Shown here piece after piece: positions 1 through 12,684 of a DNA stretch of 64,000 nucleotides; position 1 is the stretch's first letter; every line of letters starts with the position of its first letter. This DNA is from the human T2T-CHM13v2.0 reference genome, Homo sapiens: assembly GCF_009914755.1 (NCBI RefSeq), contig NC_060926.1, one strand, 5' to 3'. A program made the translations under genes and the position numbers. Below the pieces are notes generated by a model. That model ran no database searches. It had not been told where the DNA came from and worked only from the letters and a program-made list of their open reading frames with translations.

Positions 1-998
1 CTGCAGGGCAATTGGGAGAGAGGCAGCTTCAGGAGCAGCCTTTTACTAAGTAAGTACAGGGAGAAGTGATTTGAGGAGGGACCATTACAACTTCCAATTT
101 AAAGAGTAAAATAGAGTGGCGTTAGGCAGGAATACCATGACCGGTCATGTACAGTAACTAGGCTCAACCCTGGAAAAATAGGTGTCCCCTTAATTAATAC
201 TGGGATAACTAACAGTTACTAAACACCTATTACACAAGATATGTAAGCAAATGTAATTCTTTATGTATATTAAATTGTCATTCTATAAACTGGTGATTCA
301 ATGTTAACATCTCCAGGAACAAGAGGCTTGAGGCTCACAGAGCCCAATCCAAGCTCACACAACCAGAAACTGGTGGCAAAATATTTCACAACTAAGATTT
401 ATTCCTAAATATAGTTGGTTGCAAAACTGTAGTTTCTGTTTCTCTTTTAGTACACTGATTTATTTTTTATTTTTATTTTTTGATTTTCACAGAATTGATT
501 TACTTTTCTCACCTCAAATGTCAACTTTGTCAAGCCAACTCTTTAAGAATAATATGAAGCCCTATTGTTTAATTCACATGTTGCTAAATATAAAAGTGTG
601 AAGATACCAATAATACCTATTTGTATTTGTGTATGTTGTAAATAGTGCTTGGACTCTCTAAAACCCTCTAGGCTTTCAGGGTGTTTTACAAACACTTCAC
701 AGAAATCTGTGAAATTTGCCTTGTGGCTAACTAATATTTATTGGTGATTTCATCAGATTACGCTGCTGGATTAAAGAGATTATCTTGAGAGCTTTTCTTT
801 TTACTTTTTATTTTTAATTTTAAATTAGAATTAAGACTCTGGGTCCACCAAAACTAAGCCTTATAACTAAGACAAGAACAATAGTCAAACAAAAGGTTTT
901 GCAAAACTGTCTAAATTGTTTTGTTTAACTTTTCAGAAAAAGTCAATGTCTAAAACATCAAGTACTGGCTTAAAGGTGGTTTATCAAGAAAATAGAGA

Positions 999-1180
999 AT
1001 ATATACATATATATCTGTGTGTGTGTGTGTGTGTGTAAATATATATATGCATGTGTGTGTATATATATGTGTGTGTTTGTGTGTATGTATATATATACAC
1101 ACAAATATATATATACACACAAATATATATATACACACAAATATATATTTATATACACAAATATATACATATATATATAT
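999..1180. repeat. Compound (TA)n/(TG)n/(CA)n microsatellite with an ~18-bp TATATATATACACACAAA unit, at the tail position of the adjacent Alu
   Basis: Read directly; abuts the 3' end of the antisense Alu. Confidence 0.95.
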
Positions 1181-1470
1181 TTGGAGAAAGGGTCTTACTC
1201 TGTCACTCAGGCTGGAGTGCGGTGGCACTTATCATAGCTGACTGTAGTTTTGATGTCCTGGGCTCAAGTAATCCTCCCACTTCAGCCTTCAAAGTAGCTG
1301 GGACTACAGGCATGCACCACCACATCTGGCTAATTCTTTTGAAATTTTTAAAACTTTCTTCTTAGAGATGGGTTCTCACTATGTTGCCCAGGCTGGTCTC
1401 CAACTCGTAGGCCCAAGTGATCCTCCCACCATGACCTCAGGTTTACAGGCTTGAGCCACCGCACCTGGCC
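1181..1470 (-). mobile_element. Alu SINE, AluJ-like
   Basis: GGGTCTTACTCTGTCACTCAGGCTGGAGTGC through GAGCCACCGCACCTGGCC; GGCTCAAG-type J diagnostics. Confidence 0.93.
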
Positions 1471-4400
1471 AATGAAGCAGAGAAGCTCTTGAATGCTTAT
1501 GTTCACCTGGTCTTCTGCGGACCCTCAAATTTTAGATAATATATAGTTTGTAGTGCTCTTTAAAATTGATTTACCAAACAATACATAGCACATCCTGAGG
1601 ATGGGACAATCCATTCACCAGTACTGAAGAGATTTATTACATTTCACAAGGTTCGCTTCAGAAAAATAATCCTAAAAGGATACCTTTGCAATGTACGGTA
1701 GCAATTTTTCATGCCCTAAAAATCCAATTTGGAGAGTTTCTGATCTGGCACTGAGTGGAATGCTCATGAATGAGGTCACCAAACAGCCACTTAGTGATGC
1801 ACCATGATTTATGCACAAGCCAGAGTCCCTCGCTTCACTAAATAATCAGGCATGAAGGTGTGTCAGGGACAAACCCTGCAACAATGTTCAGAATCTTAGC
1901 AGCTCCAAAACCTCTTCCTGATTGGTGTGTAGACATGCCAAATCATTACAAATATTAAAATTCCGACTCTGGGCAGCAACATGAGCCAATGCTTGGTAAA
2001 GTGGGTAAACTTGTTTGGAACAAAGGAACCTCTTAACTAAGTCCACTCAGACCAGGTCCTGTTAACAGTCCTTTTGAAAGATATGCCAGAAGAAACATGT
2101 ACTGTTCATGTTATATCCATGAATAACCACAATGTTGAGCCCTTTCCTTCATGAGCACAATTCCCACACTGTCAGTGAGGGTCTTCTGCCCTAATTCAAT
2201 GTCCCCACATCCTCAGCTATTCATCACATAGCTCATGTCAGTCCCCTTCTCTACCCTATCATCTCCTGTGAATATTCTATATTTTATTAATATTAAACTT
2301 GCAGTTTTCTCTTATTAAAATTATGTTGCCTCTCCCCAAACAGACAGCCATATAGTCCTTTATTATAGACGCTTTTGGCCTGTGCACTCTGATGGTCTGT
2401 GATTTCCTGTAACTTTCTGGAATCTGTCTTAACATGAAGGACTTGCATTTGTTACCTGGCAGTTTTCTCACACAGAGGTCAATTCAAGCAATGGATTATA
2501 CATTTTGGTCATCAGTTCCCCGATTTCATCCTTGAGTGACTTCCAAACTCTCTGGGAGATGCTCTCTGATCTTCATGATTTATACACATTTATTCTGCCA
2601 CGTTGGGCCTAGAACATCCTGAGTATTGATCACTGTTTGATATAGTATTTTAACCCTACCAATTTCAGAAAACAATTTGAGAGTGAGAATCTCATCACCA
2701 TCAATATATATCTTTTAAGCTCTCATTATATGCCAAGCACTGTGCAAGGTGCTAGGCTTACAAAGGGGCTTAAGCAATGGTTTTTCCCATTTCTGGGTGT
2801 GCAGAACCATTAAGGAGACAAATCAATGGCATGCAACACAGTATATGTGTATATGGTAGCACGGCAGCAGTTCACATGCACGAAGCTTGTCAGAGAGGGT
2901 GTTCCTGGCAATATATGAATGTGAGGGGCTTAGACTACTTGAACCAGAAGAGACCATGTTTAAGTTATGTTGGCTTGTCAGCAACTACAGAGTACTGTAT
3001 GTGTAACAAAAATTCAATAAATATACAAAATATGGGAAGAGAAAATGGTGAAAGTGAGGTGCATTCACAGCAGGAGAAATGCTATAAGCAAAATCTTAAA
3101 GGAAGATGTATTAAGGACACAAAAAAATAATAAATTAGATATAAGATATAGCTGGTTAGTGATAGAAAATGAATTTGAAGAGAGAGACTGGATAGATATT
3201 GTAGACTAAGAGCACACTCGTATCTTTTTAAGCTAATACATTATTATTTATTAGCCATTGTAACAAAGTTTGTTAACACTTCTCTGTTTTAATTTTTTGT
3301 TAAATAATAAAGACTACATGTAGGAACATGGTCTCAAATATATTTGTCAGGATTTTTTAAATGGTTCTCTCCTTTGTTCTCTCACGCACATATACTAATA
3401 AGCTTTTAATACAGATATTAATTTCAGTTTTGGCAATTATTAAAAGCTCAATTAAGAACTTAGCATGCCCAGAATCTTGCTGCTGATTTAATGGAGACCA
3501 CCAATGCAAAAGCAAGTTATTACAATGTCACAGACTAACAGAAATAAAGTATAGAGGGAAATGCAGAGGCTTTTGATTACGATCTGATTACAGTTGCACC
3601 ACTGGTTGCTTGCATGACCTTGAAAATGTCCCTTAACACCTCTATAGCAGGTCTTTCTCCCTACCCAGGGCAGGGATATATCTAGAATCTTCCAGGCCCA
3701 TTGCATCCATTCCTCCACATTTCCTTGCTCAGACACTGGTTCTTGGCTTACCCTGTGGGTTGCAATGTGAAATACATGGAGATAAAGCCTGGACTTCACT
3801 ATGAAGCCAGCTTAGAATAGTCAACTAAAGGATCTCAAAGCTCATCATTCAACTTGAATAATCCCAGTGGTTCTGTCCTAAGCTCTTTTGCTGATTTTAG
3901 ATGATCTTATAACTGGATAGAGCTCTGCAGAAAAGGAAACAGGGAAAAACTGGCCAATCAGCATTGTGAAAGCAACAGCTGGTCTTCACCCCAGCTTCAG
4001 CAGGCTCCCTCCAGCCCTCTGGCTCCACATTTAGCCCATGAAAGCTCCTCACTGATGCCCATCTGTTTTCTCTTCTTAACACTAGAATTTGCTGAAATGT
4101 TTCAGAGAATTTCCCAACATGGGGCCTAACCTCTTTAAGGAGTAAATGCACTCACACATTTACACATGTGGCATTTAAACACATCACAAGGACAGGGAGT
4201 CAATGTGTAGTCTTCAGGATTAATATTCATATGGACACGTTCTAGGGGAGACCAGATGTTTGCAGTCCCCTACAAACTGGTTGCATGTGTAGTGGGATAG
4301 GATCCAACAGCTGATATCAAAATAAGGAGGATGATCTGCTTAAAATTAATTCTCCTAAATCCACTGCTATTAAATTAATCTTATTGTTAAGGTGCTTAAT

Positions 4401-4499
4401 GATTCCCAGCAATCTCAACTTGTAATTGTATTTTCAATATGTATAAACCTGTTAGTCCTCACTCTGATTCCTCTTAATCTAAAGTGAATGTCTCCAAAA

Positions 4500-5240
4500 C
4501 CTAAGCTCTGATTTTTTATCTTGCCCAAATTCCTACCTAAGGGGTCTGTGGAGTCATGCCCTACAAACCATCAATTCTCCTCAGATGGGTTTTATTTGAC
4601 CCTGTATATCATGACTTACTTTCCAATCTGACTCTGGCATAACAAGGAAGAAAATAAAAATGTTTTACCCCAAAATATATTTCCTTGCCATACCTGGGAA
4701 TTACTCTGCCGTCTCTTGTGGGGAAAATCCACATTCTATAAAAAATCTCCTTTCCCCTTTGTTTTCCTTCCTTCTCAGATCCAGGATTTAATCAACTAAG
4801 AGCCAGGCACCCTTTTAAGTCTGATAAGAAACATTTTACAACCTGCACTCTCTGAAGTCTGCTATCTGAGAACTTCCTCTGCACAACTTGGTCTCCACAA
4901 TCCTTTAGCTTAACCTGAACATTCCTTTCCATTAATCCCAGGACTTCAGATAAACTCAACCAATTGTTAACCAGAAAGTGTTTAAATTTATCTATAGCCT
5001 AGAAACCCCCATCCGCTTTGGGTTGTCCCGCCTTTATGAACCAAACCAATGTGTTTCTTAAATGTATTTGATTGATGTCTCATGCCTTCCTAGAATATAT
5101 AAAACCAATCTGCACCTGACCACCTTGGGCACATGTTCTCAGGACCTCTGGAGGGCTGTGTCATTGGCCACAATCACTCATATTTGGCTCAGAATCAACC
5201 TGTTAAAATGTTTTACAGAGTTTGACTCTTTTCATCGACA
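4500..5240 (+). mobile_element. ERV1 solo LTR, MER4 group (MER4E-like)
   Basis: Starts CTAAGCTCTGATTTTTTATCTTGCCCAAATTCC, ends CAGAGTTTGACTCTTTTCATCGACA, matching remembered MER4 termini. Confidence 0.8.
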
Positions 5241-5392
5241 AGAGTTAATATCTCAACTTTAACATCCAGCAAAGTATTCGGATTTTTAAAATGTAAATAT
5301 AGTCAATGATGCTAGCTAGGTGTAATGACTGAGTTGAAGAGATTTTTAAACTAATCCTTATTTATTTAATGTTTAGCTAACAAGGATGAATT

Positions 5393-5396
<4 letters not shown>

Positions 5397-5433
<37 letters not shown>
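5397..5433. repeat. (TG)n microsatellite
   Basis: Read directly. Confidence 0.95.
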
Positions 5434-5464
5434 TTCTTTGTTGTTGTTTTCTTATATAGATTAT

Positions 5465-5830
5465 CTCAGCTTTGAAGTGTGACATGGATTCTGTGACCAT
5501 GATAAATGACTAAAACCCTAAAGCACTGTTTTTCCTCTGTAAAGTGGATGTAATGAGGGTAGTCACCTCATATGATCTGTAAAGGAGAGATTTCTCAAAA
5601 ACGAGCATGCTTCAAAATGTCCCACAGAACATGTCAAGGCAAGGCCTACTGGGCTCCGCCTGCAGAAAGCATTCAGTAGACCTAGGGTGGGACGGAGAAT
5701 TTGCTTTTATAATGAAATCTCAGGTGCTGCTGGTGCTCCTGGTTGGGGACCTCACTTTGAGCAACAGTGCGTAAACTTTAAATGGACTGAACCATACAAG
5801 GATCTTTACATAGCATTATCAATAATAAGG
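5465..5830 (+). mobile_element. MIR interrupted by a MER5A-like hAT MITE (~5589-5770)
   Basis: MIR core TTTCCTCTGTAAAGTGG..ACCTCATA on the left, MER5A-like GAATTTGC..CAGGTGCTGCTGGTGCT..CACTTTGAGCAACAGTG, then MIR-like sequence resumes. Confidence 0.6.
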
Positions 5831-6735
5831 GATGTCATTGCCATGAAAGGTAGGTGTATGTGATGTGCCTGGGGGAGAGGCCCAGAGGACACTGGCTCTC
5901 AGGGTCTGCTTTCTTTTGAGCTTTGTATACAAAAGGAAAAGCAAACAGTAAGTCAGTCTTTCTCTCACTTGATAAACTAAATACTCAGTGGAAACAATAA
6001 GATCTTGTGGTTGCAGATGAAGACAGTTTACCCAAGCAGGCTCATTAGGGACCATTCGCATAGAGTCCTGGCAGCATACAGGGGAGCTGGAGGAGGAGCC
6101 TGGGGGAGTTACTGATGCCCAAAGAAAAGGACTCTAGGTCAAATTTCGAGGCCCCAGGTGTCTACCTGGCTCTAGCCAAATGGAAATATTCCAGGCCTGG
6201 CAGGAACATCAACAAAACCAAGAATCTCTCAAGTATTTTTTTTTTAAGCTGAAAAAAAAAAAGCAGGCTTCATTGAAGTTATTATTGCAATGGTAACAAT
6301 CAACATTAAGAAGGAAAGCATAATACAGTAACCACAAGTTTCTACTACTCTTAAGTACGGTTTCCAGTTTTGTGGGCCTTAATGTTAATTGCAGATAAAG
6401 GTAACTAATTTTAGTAACTGATTATGTGAGGCTAATAAAAGTAGAGAGTGCAAACAAAATAAGTGTGAGCAGGCGTTGCTCTTGTGTTTCACGTCTCTGA
6501 CCAATTGCAATTGTCCATATGAGAGGCACATTTCCTACTGCCTTGTAACCAAAGGACCGTTCTGCTGCTGTGGCTGCTCTTGGAATCAGAGAGAGAAGCT
6601 GAATGATGCCCCTAAGTTTGTCTAACACCCTAGACTTGTCTTGAAAATAATTCTCTAATTTAGTGACTCAAGAATTTTTCGGAAGTTAATTCAGGAGCTC
6701 ATAGGAAAAAGAAACAGTTTTCCCCCACCCCCCCA

Positions 6736-6932
6736 AGTATTGGAAGTACAGAGAAGGACTCATAAAAATTGGGCTGGAGTTATTTAACCTTGAATACTGT
6801 GGGTGATTTTTTTTTCCTTTTGTAGGAAGGGAGTATTGGAAGTACAGAGAAGGAGTCATAAAAATTGGGCTGGAGTTATTTCAACTTGAACGCTGTGGGT
6901 GCTTTTTTTTTTTTTTACCTTTTGTAGGAAGG
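6736..6932. repeat. Tandem duplication, 96-bp unit x2
   Basis: AGTATTGGAAGTACAGAGAAGGA..TTTTGTAGGAAGG starts at 6736 and 6832; a few substitutions and a different T-run length. Confidence 0.95.
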
Positions 6933-8510
6933 AAGATGTACTTGCAAAAAATCTCCCCAAAGAATCATGGACCCCTAACATCCTGCCTTATCTGACTGTA
7001 ATTTAGGGTATCAAGCATCTGTTAGGCACATTCTGCAGGTACTAAATTAAGGAGGATTCAAGAGTAGAATGTGGAAATTTCCTGTCAGAGGTAAGAAGAA
7101 TGCATGGACAGGTACAAAATGGAGGAATATGCACAGATGGGCACATAGATGAGAGCATGAAGTTTCTGACTTGTCAGTAGAAGAAGTGCTATGATTTTTT
7201 TCTCCCAGAAAATATTTTGATTTTGCAATGATTCAGCCACATTTTTGTCCTACCTGCCTGTATTTATGAAACAATAATTGAGAGCTAGAGTTCCACGAAT
7301 GGACTGTAAAACAGAGTAGAAAGAACTGATGAACAGAAGACACAGCAGGTAAGCATGAGCAAGCTAGCCCACTACGTGTAAACAGCTCAGCTGACTGGGT
7401 GTGGCACCTCCCTTGAATATGAAGCATTCTGCATGTAGATGAGAGAAAGGAAAATGCAGTGCAGGTGCAAATGACAGTGACCCAAAGCCATGTTCCTCTG
7501 AGAAGTGGACACTTTCATGCCTGGGCATCCTCCAGGCCTTCCCTATCTAGTGCATATTTTTGCAAAGGCTTATGTTGTGTTTCAGACACTGTGTTTATAT
7601 GTGAGGGCTATAAATATGTGAGAATTTAAGAATGTATGTGTGTGTATAGAAGAAGAACCAAGCCACAGCTTGGGCGGGGCATCCTAAACCCCTTAATAGG
7701 CACGTAATTTAAGGAAAGATCCTGTGCTTACCAGAGAAGCTTTGTTTAGAGGCCCGTTCCTAAGTCCCCTTGCATCAAGCTTGCTGCTCCTGCATCCCTC
7801 ATACCCAGAAATGCCAAAGCTGCAATGCTGGCATAGGTGTATATAGGTTAGTTCATGTCCTTGATTCATGGGTGATGACCCACCACCCTGCCCAGCAGAG
7901 TCCAGGCCATCTTTTTTCTGAGCCCTCTCTGGGGAGAGGTGGCAGCTCAAAAAGCCCTTGAGTCTTGTTTCTTTTTCTTTGGTGGGGACTCTAATCTGTT
8001 GCTAATGATTCCTTCATACACTCCCCCCTCATTCCACGTAATGTGTTTGAGTTCTCTTCTTGAAATACATTTGTCATTTATTGAATAATTTCTGAAACAA
8101 TTAAATGACAACTCAATGAATGGCTTTGTCAATTTTGTGTAATGGAAAGTCAAATTATCATGTAGGAAAAGCAAAATCTTTCTTTTTATAACATTGCTAA
8201 AAGACTTCAAAAGTAACTGCATAATTATAAAAAAATTTGAGGTATTAAAGTTTGCAAAATCAATAAGAATATCTCATAAACCTATTTATTTTTGGAAATT
8301 GAAACCATACACATGGACTTATTTAAATGTAAATGTAAAGATGTGAATAAAGACCAATATTTGTAGAAGGCGATCTTATTATTTAAGACAAAGTTGAAAC
8401 TTTAAACATATACATCTGTATGTGTATATATACACATATATAATAGTACATAAAATATATATTTATTTACATACTTAAATTATATGTTTTTATATTTGTA
8501 GATTTAAATA

Positions 8511-8716
8511 CAGTAAGTTCTCACTTAACATCATCCATGGGTTCCTGGAAACTGTGACTTTAAGCAAAATGGTGGGTAACAAAATCAATTTTTTTCTCAT
8601 TAATGTTATAATGAAAAGATATTGAAGAAAACAATGTTATTTGAGGACTCATTGTACATTGTTTTGTTTAAAGTCTGAATTTCCAAGAACTTGTAAAAGA
8701 CACTAAGGAATTACCG
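8511..8716. mobile_element. TcMar-Tigger MITE, MER6-like
   Basis: TA|CAGTAAGTTCTCACTTAAC ... TTACCG|TA: degenerate terminal inverted repeats with TA TSD. Confidence 0.7.
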
Positions 8717-9394
8717 TATATACTTTTGTATATATATTTAAATAAGTTTAAATAAATATATGTGTGGTGTAAATATATGTGTCTATACATACATATCTTT
8801 AATTCTCAGCTTGTTTCATCTTGATTTCTTCTTATCTATAAATTTTGGTTATTCAAACTTTTTACCTTCCTATAGTAAATAGAGGATTTAGAAGATTTTT
8901 GTTCCACTACCTCCTTGGCAGGTATGCCAGCTGCCTTACTTTAAAAAGCAACAATTGCAATTCTTCGAGACAATTATAATTCATTGCTTTCCCTAATCAG
9001 CAGGACCTCAGATAAATGGACATATGAAGATTTGTTGAGAGTATTGTTCTGTGGTTCAATGACTTGTGTGATTTCCTTATTTAAACAAGAACAAAGAAGC
9101 CAAAGAAAATAATGTATTTTAAAAATAATTGGGCACTACTTATCAGAGTGGTTGGTGGACTGGATACTAATCAGGATAGTAGACTCCAAATTATTTTTTT
9201 TCCAGTTACAAGTACCTTTGTTTATTCAACAGTAGACACAGTGCTGGCAGCAACCTGTAACTGTACTCCATGGATTTAGATAAGAAGATGATGGGGAAGG
9301 GGGATTTTTAAGTCACACTAGATCAGGATTATATTGTTTCATTTGAGTCTCTTTTAATTCAAGTGTATTTAATAACATTCTCCTTTATGAACGG

Positions 9395-9605
9395 ATTTGG
9401 AGCATGAACTTTGGATTTAGGCAAATCTGAGTTTGAATCCCTGCTACTTACTGATGGTTTCACCCTGGGCAGCATTTTATATCCTAAGCCTTAGAGTTCA
9501 CATCTGTAAAATTTTTATAAAACCTACATTAGAGCAGTATAAGAATTCACTGAGGCAATCTACATAGACTCCCAATGTCCCTGACATATAAAAAGTACTC
9601 AAGTT
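9395..9605 (+). mobile_element. MIR SINE
   Basis: CTGAGTTTGAATCCC..CACCCTGGGCAG..CACATCTGTAAAAT..CCTGACATATAAAAAGTACTCAA. Confidence 0.7.
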
Positions 9606-10540
9606 AGAAATATTTAAATCCTTATCTAAAGAAAACTTGAATGCTGACCAAGACTTTAGCAGAATCCCAAAAGACACATTTCTTCCCTCAAATGTAAGAA
9701 AATATTCCCTCAAATGTAAATGTATCTTCAAAATATCCCAGCTCCTGCCCCCAGATGTATTTTCCTAGGCCTGAGGCATTTGCAAATTCCAGAGGCCATG
9801 GCATGCCAGTGTCTGTTGGCTCTGCTGGTAAGGGGGGCAGTCTCCCTTTCGTGGCTCCTGCGCAGTCCAGCCTTTCTCCTGTTGGGTGATGCTGCTAAGC
9901 ATGCTCCCAGGATAGAGGAAGCATCTGCCATGCTTGTGGGTAGACATGGGTTACTAAGTAACATGACAGAAAATGTAAGTGGATCTGGAAACAAGGTAAA
10001 CCACCAGGAGAGCCAGAAATTTAACAATGACCAGATTTTAAGCCACTGGCATTTTGTTTAAGTCAGTTCCCAGTAAAATCATTTGAGCATGGCTTTAGAA
10101 TAAAAGCTGGGGACTTGGTTGATGATGGGATGCTGTATGGAGTAACTTGATGGAGGCCCAGAATCTCAGGAACCATTCGTCAACATCTCTTCTTGCAACA
10201 CTAAGTAATAGCAGAGCCATCGTACATTCATTTCAGAATGGGCTGCCTAGCCATTCAAAATGAGTGAGTCAGAATACTGACTTTTGACTAATTTCTAGAA
10301 GCATGCAGTTGTTTTGCAACTTGTCCTACCGCAGACACAGATTCCTTAACCTCCTTCCACTAGATAAGATATTATCTAACAAGGATTCCCATATAAGCGA
10401 ACATTTTGTTACGCGAAAGCTCAAATAGCAGCAGAGTTTGTACAAAGCTGTGGAAGAAAGTCCTAAAGAAAGAATGCAGGTTAGCAAGGAGAGGTCAGGA
10501 AAGTAACAGATTTTGTACTAGAAGAGAATAGGAATAAGCA

Positions 10541-10672
10541 GCCAGGTGTGGTGGCATGCACCTGTAATCTCAGCTACTCTGAAGGCTGAGGCAGAAGGAT
10601 TGCTTAAGCCCAGGAGTTTACAATCAACCTGTGCAACATAATGAGACTCCATCTCAATTAAAAAATAAAATA
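10541..10672 (+). mobile_element. FLAM (free left Alu monomer)
   Basis: Single ~130-bp Alu monomer ending GAGACTCCATCTCAATTAAAAAATAAAA. Confidence 0.85.
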
Positions 10673-10676
10673 TTTA

Positions 10677-11052
<376 letters not shown>

Positions 11053-11159
11053 TTAAGGGATCAAGAAAAATGTAGGAGTCTTTAAGGCACCAAATTCAGA
11101 ATCATCCCTATTTGGGGAAACTTAAAAAATCTTTTAAGAGAGGTGCCAAGTACAATTAT

Positions 11160-11325
11160 CACAGGATTTGAAGTAAGGAATCCATGCCCCATTCCTGGCT
11201 GTGTCCCTTATTATTGTGTGCATTTTCATAGCCACTTAATCCCTCTGAGCTTCCAAGGCTGTATCTTATCCAGATGCACGTATGCAGCCCAGGCACATAG
11301 TAGGTACTCAATAAATGCTGGCTTT
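11160..11325 (+). mobile_element. MIR-like fragment
   Basis: CACTTAATCCCTCTGAGCTTCC and CCCAGGCACATAGTAGGTACTCAATAAATG. Confidence 0.6.
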
Positions 11326-11699
11326 AAATAATTAAATGTGATGTCATTTTCAAGAAACATTAGCTAGGTAGGTATTGTGACAAGTCACAAGATTGTTTGA
11401 AAAAAATACATATAACATCTTTTAACTGTGTAGAAAATAACAGAAATGTCATCAGTTTGGCTGAAACACAGGGCTTGTGCTGGGGTCCTAAGAGATAAGG
11501 CTTGATAGATATATTGGCTGATGTATCTTATGCGTTTGCTCAGGAAAATATGGTACATTGCTTACATCTGTTGTTCTAGAGTAATTATTAATTGAGCCAC
11601 TTGTCAATATAAAAAAAACCTTCGTTCGGATAATATATTATATTGTCAATGTCTTTCTAGCTGCCATCAATTCAGAGTGAGCAACTTATACTTAACTCA

Positions 11700-12230
11700 G
11701 AAATAAAGCAAACTAAGGATATGCCATACCTTTGAAGTATGTGTGACAAGAAGCTGGATGATAGTATTAGTTGCTATTACATGGTGCTTATACCAGTGTA
11801 AATTCAGGAGAGGGCTGGCATTTTTTTTTTAAGTTTAAAGTTTAAGCATGAGGAAAGGCCTATCGATAGATAAAACTTTGGTTGTGAGTCTCCAATGGTT
11901 TTATAAGTTCACCATCTTTAGGAACATACATGAAATTAGAGTGTACAATAAGGCAGTACTGTAGAAACCCTAACTGCTAAGGAAGTTCCTGCAGCTGGCT
12001 CGTGAAAATAATCAAGGAAGGAGCTTACCTGCCTCTGTCGATTTTTATTAAAAGCAAAATGAGTTTATTTGGAGAAAAGATGCCCAATAGAACATGGATT
12101 AGCAAATTAAAGAAGGATATACTTAGTTTTACTAAGTTTCAGAAGAACAAAGTCACTCTTCTATTCTATGGAAGTGTATGTAAGAGCTATAAGATTAAAC
12201 TCACTTCTTTGGGTTAGTTTTAAACTTGTG
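11700..12230 (+). pseudogene. Degenerate pogo/Tigger transposase fragment (CENP-B-type HTH linker into start of DDE domain)
   Basis: ORF 12002-12217 KIIKEGAY..IF..FGEKMPNRTWIS..K..F..KNKVTLLFYG..YKIK aligns by eye to Tigger KIIDEGGY..IFNVDETAFYWKKMPSRTFIA..K..GFKASKDRLTLLLG..FKLKP; catalytic DET lost. Confidence 0.75.
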
Positions 12231-12245
12231 CACAAATAGACTTGA

Positions 12246-12684
12246 TGTGGTAGGTTGAAGAGTGCTCCCACAAAATTCCTGTGCACCTGGAACCCAGATG
12301 TGATGTTATGTAGGAATAAGGTGTTTGCTGATTAAGTACTTAAGGATCTAAAGGCAAAATCATTCTGAAATTAGGGCCAGATAAATCTAATGACTGATAT
12401 CTTTATGAAAAACAGAGGGGACACCTAAGACAGGTCATTTAAAGAAAAAGGCAGATACTAGAGCAATGCATATACAACCCACGCAGTCCCAAAGACTACC
12501 AAGAGCCTCTAGAAGCTAGGAGAAGAAAAGGGAAGATTCTTCCCTGGGGTTTTCAGAGATCATGTGTCCCTGTTGGAATTATGCTTCTGGACTTCTGGCC
12601 TCCAGAAATATGAAAGAATAATTTTCTTTTGCAAATCCCCCAGTTTGTGGTAATTTGTTATGGCAACCATAGGAAAACAGTACT
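12246..12684 (+). mobile_element. MaLR LTR, MLT1C-like
   Basis: TGTGGTAGGTTGAA start; GGACTTCTGGCCTCCAGAA..CCAGTTTGTGGTAATTTGTTATGGCAACCATAGGAAA end. Confidence 0.85.

Noticed and set aside
950-1365. Cluster of overlapping ORFs (likewise 19540-19858 and 53109-53396)
   Set aside because: Low-complexity translations of microsatellites and Alu
9683-9719. Short two-copy repeats here, at 26003-26038 and at 48830-48892, considered as an array or CRISPR-like signal
   Set aside because: Only 2-3 copies with no repeat-spacer periodicity; ordinary slippage in eukaryotic DNA
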